IMG/VR virus record: IMGVR_UViG_3300042892_005961
Coordinates: 62,001 to 126,000 of that record
Length of the DNA: 64,000 nucleotides
Direction: 5' to 3' (one strand)
Part shown: positions 55,701-63,827 of the stretch, piece after piece
Numbering within the stretch: position 1 is the stretch's first letter
Layout of the letters: the number at the start of each line of letters is the position of its first letter
Position numbers and translations under genes: made by a program
The notes under the pieces: model-generated
Database searches by the model: none
Seen by the model: only the letters and a program-made list of their open reading frames with translations
Told to the model about the DNA's origin: nothing

Positions 55701-58671
55701 CATCTGAACCTGATGAACCTGAAGTACCACTCGTACCATCTGAACCTGAAGTTCCTGATGAACCATCCGTACCATCGACACCCGAAATACCTGAAGTACC
55801 ATCACTACCTGAGGTTCCTGAAGAACCGTCTGAACCCGATGTACCCGATGTACCATCACTACCACTAGATCCTGATGTGCCTGAAGACCCGTCACTACCT
55901 GAAGAACCTGAAGTTCCTGATGTACCATCACTACCACTAGATCCTGAAGTACCTGAACTACCATCCGAACCACTTGTTCCTGATGTACCATCTGAACCAC
56001 TAGATCCTGATGTACCTGAAGACCCGTCACTACCTGAAGAACCTGAAGTTCCTGATGAACCACTTGTACCTGATGTACCAGAAGTCATCGCTGAGAATGA
56101 AACTCCGTCTATTATTAAACTACCACTTGAAATATTAACTGATCCTGATATAAAAACCGAACCCGTAAACTCGTGTGTGTCGTCCGATGTATTACCAAAT
56201 TTATTTGAACCTGATGTATAAAGAATTGAGGAACTTACATAATTAATATTTAATTGTTTTGCGGTTAATATACCATCAATATACGTGTCTCCATTAACCC
56301 TAAATGTTCCATCGGATTGAATAGAAGCGCTTACTGAACCACTTACTATTTGATTTAGTGCTAAATTTGTTACACCACTTGCCGGTATATTATATAATCC
56401 CGCACCATCACCAAAGAAGGCGGCAGTAATGTAACCACCATTTTCTATAATGATATTACTACCACTTGTTAATATAAGTGATGAACTGTCAGTTAAAAAT
56501 AAACTTGAATCAAATACACCTGAACCGTTGGATACTATTAATGAACCCGTAATAGATGTGTTGGTGTTAATATTAAATCCATCTAAACTAACCGAAGCCG
56601 TATTACTACCACTTGTAATTTTATTTAATTCTAATCCTGTTACACCTGAAGCTGGAATATTATATAATCCCGCACCATCACCAAAGAAGGACGCAGTAAT
56701 GTAACCACCATTTTCTATAATGATATTACTACCACTATTTAAAACCATTGAACTACTATCAGTCAAATACAAGAAAGAATTAACCGCATTAGTACCTTGA
56801 CTAACCGTTAACGAACCTGTAATTGATGTATCGGTATTAATGTTAAATCCATCTAAATTAATTGAGGCGGTATTACTACCACTTACTATTTGATTTAACT
56901 GTAAACCTGTAACTCCTGATGCTGGTATGTTAATTAAGTTTGAACCGTCTCCATAGATATAGGCTCCACTTATTATTCCACCATCTACATATATGTTTGA
57001 ACCACTTGTAAGATAAAGTGATGAACTATCTGTCATTATAATATTACTATCTGTAATACCTAATTCAGAAGTTATACTTAAACTACCTGTGATTTGAATA
57101 TCATTTGTTGTTGCCCAAAAAGATCCTGTTTGAGCAAATAAACTGTCTCCTGAAGTACCATCAGAACCACTTGTTCCTGAAGTTCCACTAGTTCCTGATG
57201 TTCCTGATGTACCATCACTTCCTGAAGTACCTGATGTTCCGTCACTACCTGAAGTGCCACTAGTACCATCACTACCGCTTGAACCTGAAGTGCCTGAAGA
57301 CCCGTCACTACCTGAAGAACCACTTGTTCCCGAAGTACCATCACTACCACTAGAACCTGAAGTACCTGATGAACCGTTCGTACCATCCACACCGCTTATA
57401 CCACTTGAACCACTAGTTCCTGAGGTACCATCTGAACCTGAAGTTCCACTTGTTCCATCTGATCCCGATGAACCACTAGTTCCCGATGTACCGTCTGATC
57501 CACTTGAACCCGAGGTACCTGAAGAACCATCCGAACCACTTGATCCCGATGTACCTGAACTACCATCACTACCTGAAGTGCCTGAAGTTCCTGAAGTACC
57601 ATCTGAACCACTTGTTCCTGATGATCCACTTGTTCCCGCAGTTCCACTAGTTCCTGATGTCATTGCAGAGAATGGAACACCATCTATAACTAAACTACCA
57701 CTTGAAATATTAACTGAACCACTGATGAACAATGAACCTGTAAATTCATGTGTGTCATCCGATGTATTACCAAATTTATTTGAACCTGATGTATAAAGTA
57801 TTGAAGAACTTACATAATCAATATTTAATTGTTTTGCGGTAATAATACCATCAACATTTAACGAACCTGTAATCTGTACGTCATTTGTTGTTGCCCAAAA
57901 AGATCCTGTTTGTGCAAATAAACTATCTCCTGATGTACCATCAGAACCACTTGTACCTGAAGAACCCGATGTACCTGATGAACCATCACTACCGCTAGAA
58001 CCTGATGAACCATCTGAACCACTAGTTCCTGAAGAACCATCCGTACCATTTACACCACTTATACCACTTGAACCACTAGTTCCCGAGGTACCGTCCGAAC
58101 CTGAAGAACCTGAAGTTCCGTCTGATCCCGAAGAACCAGAAGAACCGCTTGTACCTGCCGTACCCGCAGAACCAAACCCACCTGTTGATAGGTCTTTTAT
58201 TGAGTCTCCTAAGATATCATCAATCCAATAACCTAAATCGGGAAACGATAATTGATTTTTAGTTAAATTACCCAATTTTGCGACTCCATCAACATATTCA
58301 TAAAAAATACCATAACTTTCTTCAGTCGGTATATTATCTTGTGCAGATGAATTTATATAGATTTCTAAATTGGTATCTTCAAACTCAATATCTGCATTTT
58401 GATTATCATTAACAGTTATAGATTTAACTGTATAAATTTTACCTGTTGGTAATGCAAATTTCCATCCTATTTGTATATCATTTGCATTATATAAATCGTA
58501 ATTTGGTTCGTTCGTTGGATATGTGGCGTCCTGTGGTGTGATATCAACATTACATATAAATGAAAGGTATACCCCGTTATATGAATCGCCAGAAGTCCAA
58601 GTTGTTGAGATTGTTGTACTTCCAAACTTAATTTTACCAATTATTATTTTATCGGGAGTTCCTATTGCCAT
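52729..58671 (-). CDS. Giant fibre protein, 1980 aa, with multiple Gly-X-Y Ser/Thr tracts
   Basis: Several G(S/T)(S/D) tracts alternate with repeated GDSLFA(L/Q)TGS.W.TTN and DGAGLYNIPASGVTGL modules; C-terminal DLGGF. Confidence 0.8.
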   Translation of the reverse strand: MAIGTPDKIIIGKIKFGSTTISTTWTSGDSYNGVYLSFICNVDITPQDATYPTNEPNYDLYNANDIQIGWKFALPTGKIYTVKSITVNDNQNADIEFEDTNLEIYINSSAQDNIPTEESYGIFYEYVDGVAKLGNLTKNQLSFPDLGYWIDDILGDSIKDLSTGGFGSAGTAGTSGSSGSSGSDGTSGSSGSDGTSGTSGSSGISGVNGTDGSSGTSGSDGSSGSSGSDGSSGTSGSSGTSGSDGTSGDSLFAQTGSFWATTNDVQITGSLNVDGIITAKQLNIDYVSSSILYTSGSNKFGNTSDDTHEFTGSLFISGSVNISSGSLVIDGVPFSAMTSGTSGTAGTSGSSGTSGSDGTSGTSGTSGSDGSSGTSGSSGSDGSSGTSGSSGSDGTSGTSGSSGSDGTSGTSGSDGTSGTSGSSGISGVDGTNGSSGTSGSSGSDGTSGTSGSSGSDGSSGTSGSSGSDGTSGTSGSDGTSGTSGSDGTSGTSGTSGTSGTSGSDGTSGDSLFAQTGSFWATTNDIQITGSLSITSELGITDSNIIMTDSSSLYLTSGSNIYVDGGIISGAYIYGDGSNLINIPASGVTGLQLNQIVSGSNTASINLDGFNINTDTSITGSLTVSQGTNAVNSFLYLTDSSSMVLNSGSNIIIENGGYITASFFGDGAGLYNIPASGVTGLELNKITSGSNTASVSLDGFNINTNTSITGSLIVSNGSGVFDSSLFLTDSSSLILTSGSNIIIENGGYITAAFFGDGAGLYNIPASGVTNLALNQIVSGSVSASIQSDGTFRVNGDTYIDGILTAKQLNINYVSSSILYTSGSNKFGNTSDDTHEFTGSVFISGSVNISSGSLIIDGVSFSAMTSGTSGTSGSSGTSGSSGSDGSSGTSGSSGSDGTSGTSGSDGSSGTSGSSGSDGTSGTSGSSGSDGSSGTSGSSGSDGTSGTSGSDGSSGTSGSDGTSGISGVDGTDGSSGTSGSDGTSGTSGSSGSDGTSGDSLFALTGSVWATTNDVEITGSLSITSQLGVVDANIIMTDSSSLYMTSGSNIYVDGGIISGAYIYGDGSNLINIPASGVTGLQLNLIGSGSNTASIDLDGLHINTNTSITGSLNITSGSLIIDGVSFSAMTSGTSGTSGSSGSDGTSGTSGSDGSSGTSGSDGSSGTSGSSGSDGSSGTSGSDGTSGTSGTSGSSGSDGTSGDSLFAEITPGTWTTTNNVEITGSVKIKGVLTAEEYNITLVSSSVLYSSGSTKFGDTFDDTHNFTGSVNITGSITLNGQAIGTGKLDESAFNTYTGSNTSQFAGTSSYAIFAENAVIVSGANKQLYVSSPSTTWSFTHNLHERYPVINVFDDNGYIVIPETIRSVNQDLIEVYFNVATAGHVVASVGGAGTSGTSGSSGSDGTSGTSGSSGSDGSSGTSGSSGSDGSSGTSGSSGSDGSSGTSGSSGSDGTSGTSGSSGSDGSSGTSGSSGTSGSSGSDGTSGSSGTSGATGISAGQVYYFNQSELSGINTYRDLDIYPSSASQTGVTINLPGNTNDSVVSTFITPELGFNVIPGGTQRFHLHFLKQASNDHLFAQVSIQLTDSTGTPIGPVLVSTPSYIGWTDSVTSTEVQTDLVLPTTTIDPTNRMLVTVLVDNQDSTSHTVIWYTEGNTAYSFVLTSVGQVAGTSGTSGTSGSSGSDGTSGTSGSSGSDGTSGTSGSSGTSGSSGSDGTSGTSGSSGSDGTSGTSGSSGSDGSSGSSGDSLFALTGSVWATTNDVEITGSLRITSEFGITDSNTIMTDSSSLYLTSGSNLYIFNGQADLTNSDLTINTGDLTVNNGTISGSFVGDGAGLYNIPSSGITGLNLDRIVSGSVSASLADGKLKVNTDVVIDGTITAKQLNIDYVTSSILYQSGSTKFGDTLDDKHDFTGSLRTTGSVIIDGDLTVRGTTTLTSTDPLRESLIISGAMAMMQAQIQSQIISASISMGGQRVISQEQNNIVLDLGGF
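56387..56736 (+). repeat. Near-identical 80-bp duplication (56387-56466 and 56657-56736)
   Basis: Two mismatches, 270 bp (90 codons) apart, encoding SGSNIIIENGGYITA.FFGDGAGLYNI. Confidence 0.75.
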
Positions 58672-58687
58672 TCTATTTTTGTCTTTT

Positions 58688-60166
58688 TTAACTTATTAAT
58701 CCGAATGTTATTATACAAGTTGATTGAGCCGAACTTGAATATATAGCTCTGTCATACACTAAACCATATAAATCTAACGTTGTCCAATTTGAGGTTGATA
58801 ATGTTTGTATTGCAGACACAGTATTTGTTTGTGGAATTGTACTTCTACCTACAGGTGGAATACTAACAACATTACCATTTGTATTTCCGTGAACCATAAT
58901 ATTAACCAAAGGTTGTACTTGTTTACTTCCAGGTCTTGTTATTGTTAATCTTGAATTTGAAGGACAACTAAATACCCAACCTAAACCTTCTAACGTTGTT
59001 TTATTTTCACCATTAGGTCCCAACACATTCGCAATTGGCGTTCCCGCAGTATCGATATTACCTCCAGTTGTATTTAATGTAATTTGATACATTAATGCGG
59101 CACCCGCTGCTCCCACACCTGAGGAACCTGACGTTCCACTTGTACCAGTTGCTCCACTTGTTCCTGATGAACCACTTGTTCCTGATGTTCCCGTTAAACC
59201 TGAGGTACCTGAAGTACCTGCCGTTCCTGAAGAACCATTAGTTCCTGCAATACCAGATGTACCTGAAGTACCACTAGATCCGTTAGATCCACTTGTACCA
59301 TCCGTACCTCCACCACCTCCACCAACTATTGTAACAGTAACATTACCCGCACCATTATCTGTAACGGTTGCTCCATCAAATGTGATTTGATCTACTCCGT
59401 TAACTAATGTTGATCCGTCACCAACTTTAAGTGTCGTTGTTCCACCTCCTTCTCCTCCACTTATTGAACTATATAAGTTAATTGACCAACTATTATGATC
59501 ACTACCTCCCACATGTTCTAAAATTCTTATTACTAATTGTGTACCTGAATAACTAACAACACGTCCTATTAAATAATTTAATATATTACTCGCAGCAATT
59601 ACAAGTTGACCCGTGGTGTAAGATAAATTACTATCAACTGTGAAAGTAAGATCTTCTCCATCGTATTCGTCAATATCAGTAATGTATGTTGTTGATGATG
59701 TTTGATAAACATTTCCAGATGTACCTGAAGTGCCTGATGTACCTCTAGCACCGGAAGTACCTGATGAACCACTTGAACCGTGATTACCTGAAATACCGCT
59801 TGTTCCTGAAGAACCACTAGACCCGTTTGATCCTGACGTTCCACTTATACCTGAAGATCCTGATGTTCCCGAAGTTCCTGAAGAACCTGTTAAACCTGAA
59901 GAACCACTTGTACCAGATGTACCACTAGTACCTCTTGCACCTGAAGATCCTGAAGATCCCGAAGATCCTGAAGTACCTGACAAACCTGAAGAACCTGATG
60001 TGCCTGAAGATCCTGTGGTTAAATCAGTTAAACTTGTTCCTGAAACATATAAATTATCTGCGTAGACCGCATTTAATGGAGTTGTGGATGAACCGAGATC
60101 AATTGTGGTACCTGGTGTGACTGTTTCTGTATCAATCTGAGTCCAATTTATTCTTTGTAGTGCCAT
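58688..60166 (-). CDS. Fibre/collar-type protein with Gly-X-Y Ser/Thr tracts
   Basis: Two G(S/T)S tracts (with GAR and GLT triplets) flanking a beta domain. Confidence 0.7.
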   Translation of the reverse strand: MALQRINWTQIDTETVTPGTTIDLGSSTTPLNAVYADNLYVSGTSLTDLTTGSSGTSGSSGLSGTSGSSGSSGSSGARGTSGTSGTSGSSGLTGSSGTSGTSGSSGISGTSGSNGSSGSSGTSGISGNHGSSGSSGTSGARGTSGTSGTSGNVYQTSSTTYITDIDEYDGEDLTFTVDSNLSYTTGQLVIAASNILNYLIGRVVSYSGTQLVIRILEHVGGSDHNSWSINLYSSISGGEGGGTTTLKVGDGSTLVNGVDQITFDGATVTDNGAGNVTVTIVGGGGGGTDGTSGSNGSSGTSGTSGIAGTNGSSGTAGTSGTSGLTGTSGTSGSSGTSGATGTSGTSGSSGVGAAGAALMYQITLNTTGGNIDTAGTPIANVLGPNGENKTTLEGLGWVFSCPSNSRLTITRPGSKQVQPLVNIMVHGNTNGNVVSIPPVGRSTIPQTNTVSAIQTLSTSNWTTLDLYGLVYDRAIYSSSAQSTCIITFGLIS

Positions 60167-60188
60167 GTAAAAGTAAAGTCTTTTACAT
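60165..60188 (-). promoter_or_regulatory. Start-codon-sequestering hairpin overlapping the candidate late promoter
   Basis: mRNA AUGUAAAAG-ACUUUA-CUUUUACAU(G): a 9-bp stem whose 3' arm includes the AU of the start codon. Confidence 0.5.
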
Positions 60189-60196
60189 AAATACTT
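60187..60196 (-). promoter_or_regulatory. AAGTATTTAT motif (candidate late promoter)
   Basis: Exact 10-mer between a terminator and the first structural gene. Confidence 0.55.
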
Positions 60197-60215
60197 TTAT
60201 TCCACTAATAGGCAT

Positions 60216-60245
60216 AAAAAAAAGGGTTTCAAACCCTTTTTTTTT
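60216..60245 (-). terminator. Intrinsic terminator
   Basis: A8-GGGTT-TCA-AACCC-T9 overlapping the glutaredoxin stop codon. Confidence 0.75.
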
Positions 60246-60519
60246 ATAATGTGTATTTTTTTATGATTTCAATACCTTCATCTCGATTATTAAAATCTTT
60301 TCCAGGTATAAAAACTAACCCTTCATCTGTGTTTTCTTTAGTAATATAGATAGTTGGAATTACATTTTGTTTTGTTTGTTCAACAACTTGGTTCCACACT
60401 TTTTTATTTTGACTTATCTCTATTTCATTAAATGATATTTGTAACTCATTTAATTCTTTTTTAAGATCATGACAATGTCCACATCCGTTCATAGTAAACA
60501 ATACTATATTATTAGACAT
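60244..60519 (-). CDS. Glutaredoxin-like protein
   Basis: LFTMNGCGHC (CxxC) and VIPTIYI cis-Pro motif. Confidence 0.8.
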   Translation of the reverse strand: MSNNIVLFTMNGCGHCHDLKKELNELQISFNEIEISQNKKVWNQVVEQTKQNVIPTIYITKENTDEGLVFIPGKDFNNRDEGIEIIKKYTL

Positions 60520-60522
60520 ATA

Positions 60523-60828
60523 TTATAATGTATCTAAAATTTTACTATATACACTGTCAACGTTAGCCCCAACTGATCTGTTTATTAATGTATCCCCCTC
60601 GTAAATCATAATGGTAGGTACAGTACTAATACCTAATTCCATTACTGCGTCTTGGTTTTCATCAACATTTACTTTAACAAATGTAATATCTGAATATTTG
60701 TTAGATAAGTTAGATAATCTTGGTGTTAGTGCTCTACATGGTGAACACCAATCGGCTGTGTACTGAACTAATAATTTTTTTCCTTCTGATTGTAATTGTG
60801 CAACTTGTGCGGATGTTACGTATTCCAT
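60523..60828 (-). CDS. trxA: Thioredoxin
   Basis: ADWCSPC, KVNVDE, GISTVPT. Confidence 0.9.
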   Translation of the reverse strand: MEYVTSAQVAQLQSEGKKLLVQYTADWCSPCRALTPRLSNLSNKYSDITFVKVNVDENQDAVMELGISTVPTIMIYEGDTLINRSVGANVDSVYSKILDTL

Positions 60829-60837
60829 TTGTTAATT

Positions 60838-61920
60838 TTAAAATCCTATTTTATTTCCTTTTGTGGATGTTTTATAGACTTCTGTGTCTATGTTATAAAT
60901 ATCAGCTAAAACCATACCTTCCTCAACTACTTGATTTTTTTCTAAATGTTTTAATAATTTATTGGTTTCCTCCACCGATAACTTCTCAAACTTATGTTCG
61001 GCAATTAAACGACCCTTACGAAGTAGTGCTTGATCAATTTTCTCTCTCTTCATGTTGAAGGTTGCAATAACTTGAATATTTAAACAATCCCCCAAAATAC
61101 CGTCAGTTAGATTAAGGATATTAGATACACCTGCCGGTGACCCGTTACCTTCACGATCACTAATAACTCGTTCAGCATCCTCAATTATTAAAACTGAGTT
61201 TTTGTGGTCCATCAAGAATGGTATAATAGTTGGTTCAGATAACATCTCCGCCATCGATGGTGGAATGAATAAAATATCTTTATCTTTAACCAAAGTAGTC
61301 AAATGTTTAATATAAGATGTCTTACCAGTACCAGGATCTCCGTGAAGTAAAATTATCCCCTTATCGTTATTTTTATTCAATCTTTCAACAATAACCTCAT
61401 GAATCTTATTAAAATCACTTCCATAATTTAATTCTAAATCTGTAGGTGGAACATATAAATCGTATTCTTCAGTATCTAAATGACCCATATCACTTTTAAC
61501 AAGTTGAATATTCGCTTTCTTTTTTGCAACCTCATACTTTTTGAATACACTAAAATCAATTTGTTCTTTAATACCTCCCTTAGTTCCATCGTAAGCAAAT
61601 TCAATATGAACCTGATTTTCTTTTGGTTCTTTATGTCCTCTACTTGACTTGTATGTTCTTACAAAAATTCCTGCAACATCATTCACAAATAAAGATTGTG
61701 TTGATGATTCATAAGTTTTAGATTTGATATTAATTTTTATAACTTCGGTGAACCCGTTCTTTTTTATTTCTTCAATAATATCAGGTTCATACAACAAACT
61801 TATATCCGTAAACTTTGATGGTAATTTGTCATACTTAATAACATAGTATTGTTCTGTTGGTATTTCATTTCCATAAACGGTATCGTAAATGGAATAATTA
61901 GTTGGTAAGTTCTTATTCAT
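60838..61920 (-). CDS. AAA+ ATPase
   Basis: Walker A GDPGTGKT, Walker B LIIEDAE, LNLTDG, ATFN, ALLRKGR. Confidence 0.9.
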   Translation of the reverse strand: MNKNLPTNYSIYDTVYGNEIPTEQYYVIKYDKLPSKFTDISLLYEPDIIEEIKKNGFTEVIKINIKSKTYESSTQSLFVNDVAGIFVRTYKSSRGHKEPKENQVHIEFAYDGTKGGIKEQIDFSVFKKYEVAKKKANIQLVKSDMGHLDTEEYDLYVPPTDLELNYGSDFNKIHEVIVERLNKNNDKGIILLHGDPGTGKTSYIKHLTTLVKDKDILFIPPSMAEMLSEPTIIPFLMDHKNSVLIIEDAERVISDREGNGSPAGVSNILNLTDGILGDCLNIQVIATFNMKREKIDQALLRKGRLIAEHKFEKLSVEETNKLLKHLEKNQVVEEGMVLADIYNIDTEVYKTSTKGNKIGF

Positions 61921-61928
61921 ATAATATT

Positions 61929-62264
61929 TTAATTAAGACAAATTGAACCGAAATTGGAGAATTCAATAAACACCCCATTATCGTAATCAAAGTCTTCTTT
62001 TTTAAATTGTATTCCGTTTTTAAATTTTGTTTTACTAATGACACTAATCGCCGCAATTGTTTTTCTTAATAATTCAAATTGTTCTCTGTCCAATGTTGCT
62101 GTTCCATTTTTTTCATAGTTCTTCTGTGCAATCTCAGTCATATGTTTGTAAAACAATTCTTCATCTGAATTACTTAAAAAAAATTCTTTTGCTTCTAAAT
62201 TGGTTTCAAAGTAATTTTTAACCGATTGAAGATATATTAAAACTTCAGGCGATAATTTATCCAT
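61929..62264 (-). CDS. Hypothetical protein
   Basis: 111-aa ORF in the co-oriented operon; no motif recognised. Confidence 0.6.
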   Translation of the reverse strand: MDKLSPEVLIYLQSVKNYFETNLEAKEFFLSNSDEELFYKHMTEIAQKNYEKNGTATLDREQFELLRKTIAAISVISKTKFKNGIQFKKEDFDYDNGVFIEFSNFGSICLN

Positions 62265-62788
62265 TAAGGTTTCTGTATTTGGTCCAAAGTTAACGAAACT
62301 GCAGTATTTCTTCCAAATATTTTTATTTCTACGTCAACACGATCACCTTTTACTTCTTTAATAATACCACTAAATTCTTTGAATGGTCCTTCACATACTA
62401 TAATAGATTCTCCTGTATCAAATTTTAATTTTTTACTTTCAATATGTTCTTCTAATGTATCATCTTTCAATATACGTCTAACGTCAGTATCTTTTAATAA
62501 CATTGGCATCCTATCACCCATCATACCCATAATATTAGGTATTAAAGATATTACCTTCAAATCATCATTTTCTAATTGTTTAAGAGATTCAAAATAAAGA
62601 TATCCACTATATAATACTTTTTCTCTAATAACTTTTTTATTTTTAACTACAACGAATTCTTTCTCAGTAGGACAAACAAATCTTACAATTTTATTTATTC
62701 TACCTAAACCAATATCTTTATTGAATTGTTCAGTTAATGATCTTTCTTTACCGGGTAAAACTTTTACCACGTACCATGCTGTATTCAT
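62264..62788 (-). CDS. nusG: NusG-family transcription elongation/antitermination factor
   Basis: NGN domain WYVVKVLPGKE...LYSGYLYF and KOW domain GESIIVCEGPFKEFSG...IFGRNT. Confidence 0.9.
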   Translation of the reverse strand: MNTAWYVVKVLPGKERSLTEQFNKDIGLGRINKIVRFVCPTEKEFVVVKNKKVIREKVLYSGYLYFESLKQLENDDLKVISLIPNIMGMMGDRMPMLLKDTDVRRILKDDTLEEHIESKKLKFDTGESIIVCEGPFKEFSGIIKEVKGDRVDVEIKIFGRNTAVSLTLDQIQKP

Positions 62789-62793
62789 GTCCT

Positions 62794-63807
62794 TTATTTT
62801 ATATCCTTTAATTTATTCTTTAGTTCCGTTTCTAATTTTTTTAATCTTTTTTCTTCTTCTTTTCTTTCTTTTTCTACTTGTCTTGCCTTTTTTAAAATAT
62901 CTCTTATTTTTCTTTCTTCTATCAATCTGTGTTTTTTCTCTTCTTTACCTTCAACTTGTGGAGCCTTATAATTCATAATCAATAATTCCGTTCCTTCATT
63001 TTGTGTTCCGTCTTTCTTAGCTGCAGCCGCTTTCTTAAAATTCTCGGTTCTCCATTCAAATTGATCTTTTGGAAACCATTCAACTAATTGAGGGAAATTG
63101 TAATATGATAAACTAAATTTACCTTCAATACTTTTCATACACTCCGCTAATCTAATATGATCGTTAACATCAAAATCGTGATTAGAATAATAGTTCTCAG
63201 TTTTCCAATATGGTGGATCCATATAGAAATATGTTGTCGGTGAATCATATTGTTTTACAACATCACAAAAATCTTTGTTCTCAACAAAACTAATACGATC
63301 AATGTGTTCTCTATATTTTGGGTTCTTTAACTTATCCATAAAAATTAAAACCTTACAACGATAGGCACCTTTATAATCTGTATATGAAGATGTTTCAGGT
63401 TTTGACCCTGAGAATACTTGTGTCAACACATACACATACTTACAAGTTATTTCTAAACTATTCTCTTCTGTTATAACTAATTCAGGATTAAATACTTCTT
63501 TCTGATATTGATTAAACATTTGTTCATATTCAGGTGGTGTGTCTTCAACTCCAACCGTTTGACATGGGTACGTTGATAACGCCTGATGTAAAACATCATA
63601 TTGTTTAGTCCACTTCATTAAGTTCGCATTAAGACGATTAAAGTCATTATAAACGACCGTTTTTAGATTTGGGAACTTGGTCAAATCCATATTAAAAAAT
63701 ACCCAAAACATACCACTAAAACCTTCTACGTATGTTTCAATATCTGTGGGTATATGTGGAACAATCCATTTACCTATTCGTGCCTTTCCTCCAATGTAAC
63801 TAATCAT
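62794..63807 (-). CDS. Dam-like N6-adenine DNA methyltransferase (D12 class) with a charged C-terminal tail
   Basis: SYIGGK, YVEGFSG, VYNDFN, catalytic DPPY; Lys/Glu-rich last ~45 aa. Confidence 0.85.
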   Translation of the reverse strand: MISYIGGKARIGKWIVPHIPTDIETYVEGFSGMFWVFFNMDLTKFPNLKTVVYNDFNRLNANLMKWTKQYDVLHQALSTYPCQTVGVEDTPPEYEQMFNQYQKEVFNPELVITEENSLEITCKYVYVLTQVFSGSKPETSSYTDYKGAYRCKVLIFMDKLKNPKYREHIDRISFVENKDFCDVVKQYDSPTTYFYMDPPYWKTENYYSNHDFDVNDHIRLAECMKSIEGKFSLSYYNFPQLVEWFPKDQFEWRTENFKKAAAAKKDGTQNEGTELLIMNYKAPQVEGKEEKKHRLIEERKIRDILKKARQVEKERKEEEKRLKKLETELKNKLKDIK

Positions 63808-63827
63808 TAATCATTTATTTATATCAA

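Noticed and set aside
42077-58049. Many long alternative-frame and antisense ORFs (Pro/Glu/Val/Asp-rich or Gln/Val/Leu-rich) over the fibre genes
   Set aside because: They are shadows of the Gly-Ser-Thr triplet repeats, whose codons lack stops in other frames; no independent starts or motifs.
44251-58160. Repeat tracts as a possible CRISPR array
   Set aside because: No constant repeat with unique spacers; the periodicity is 9 nt, coding and in frame.
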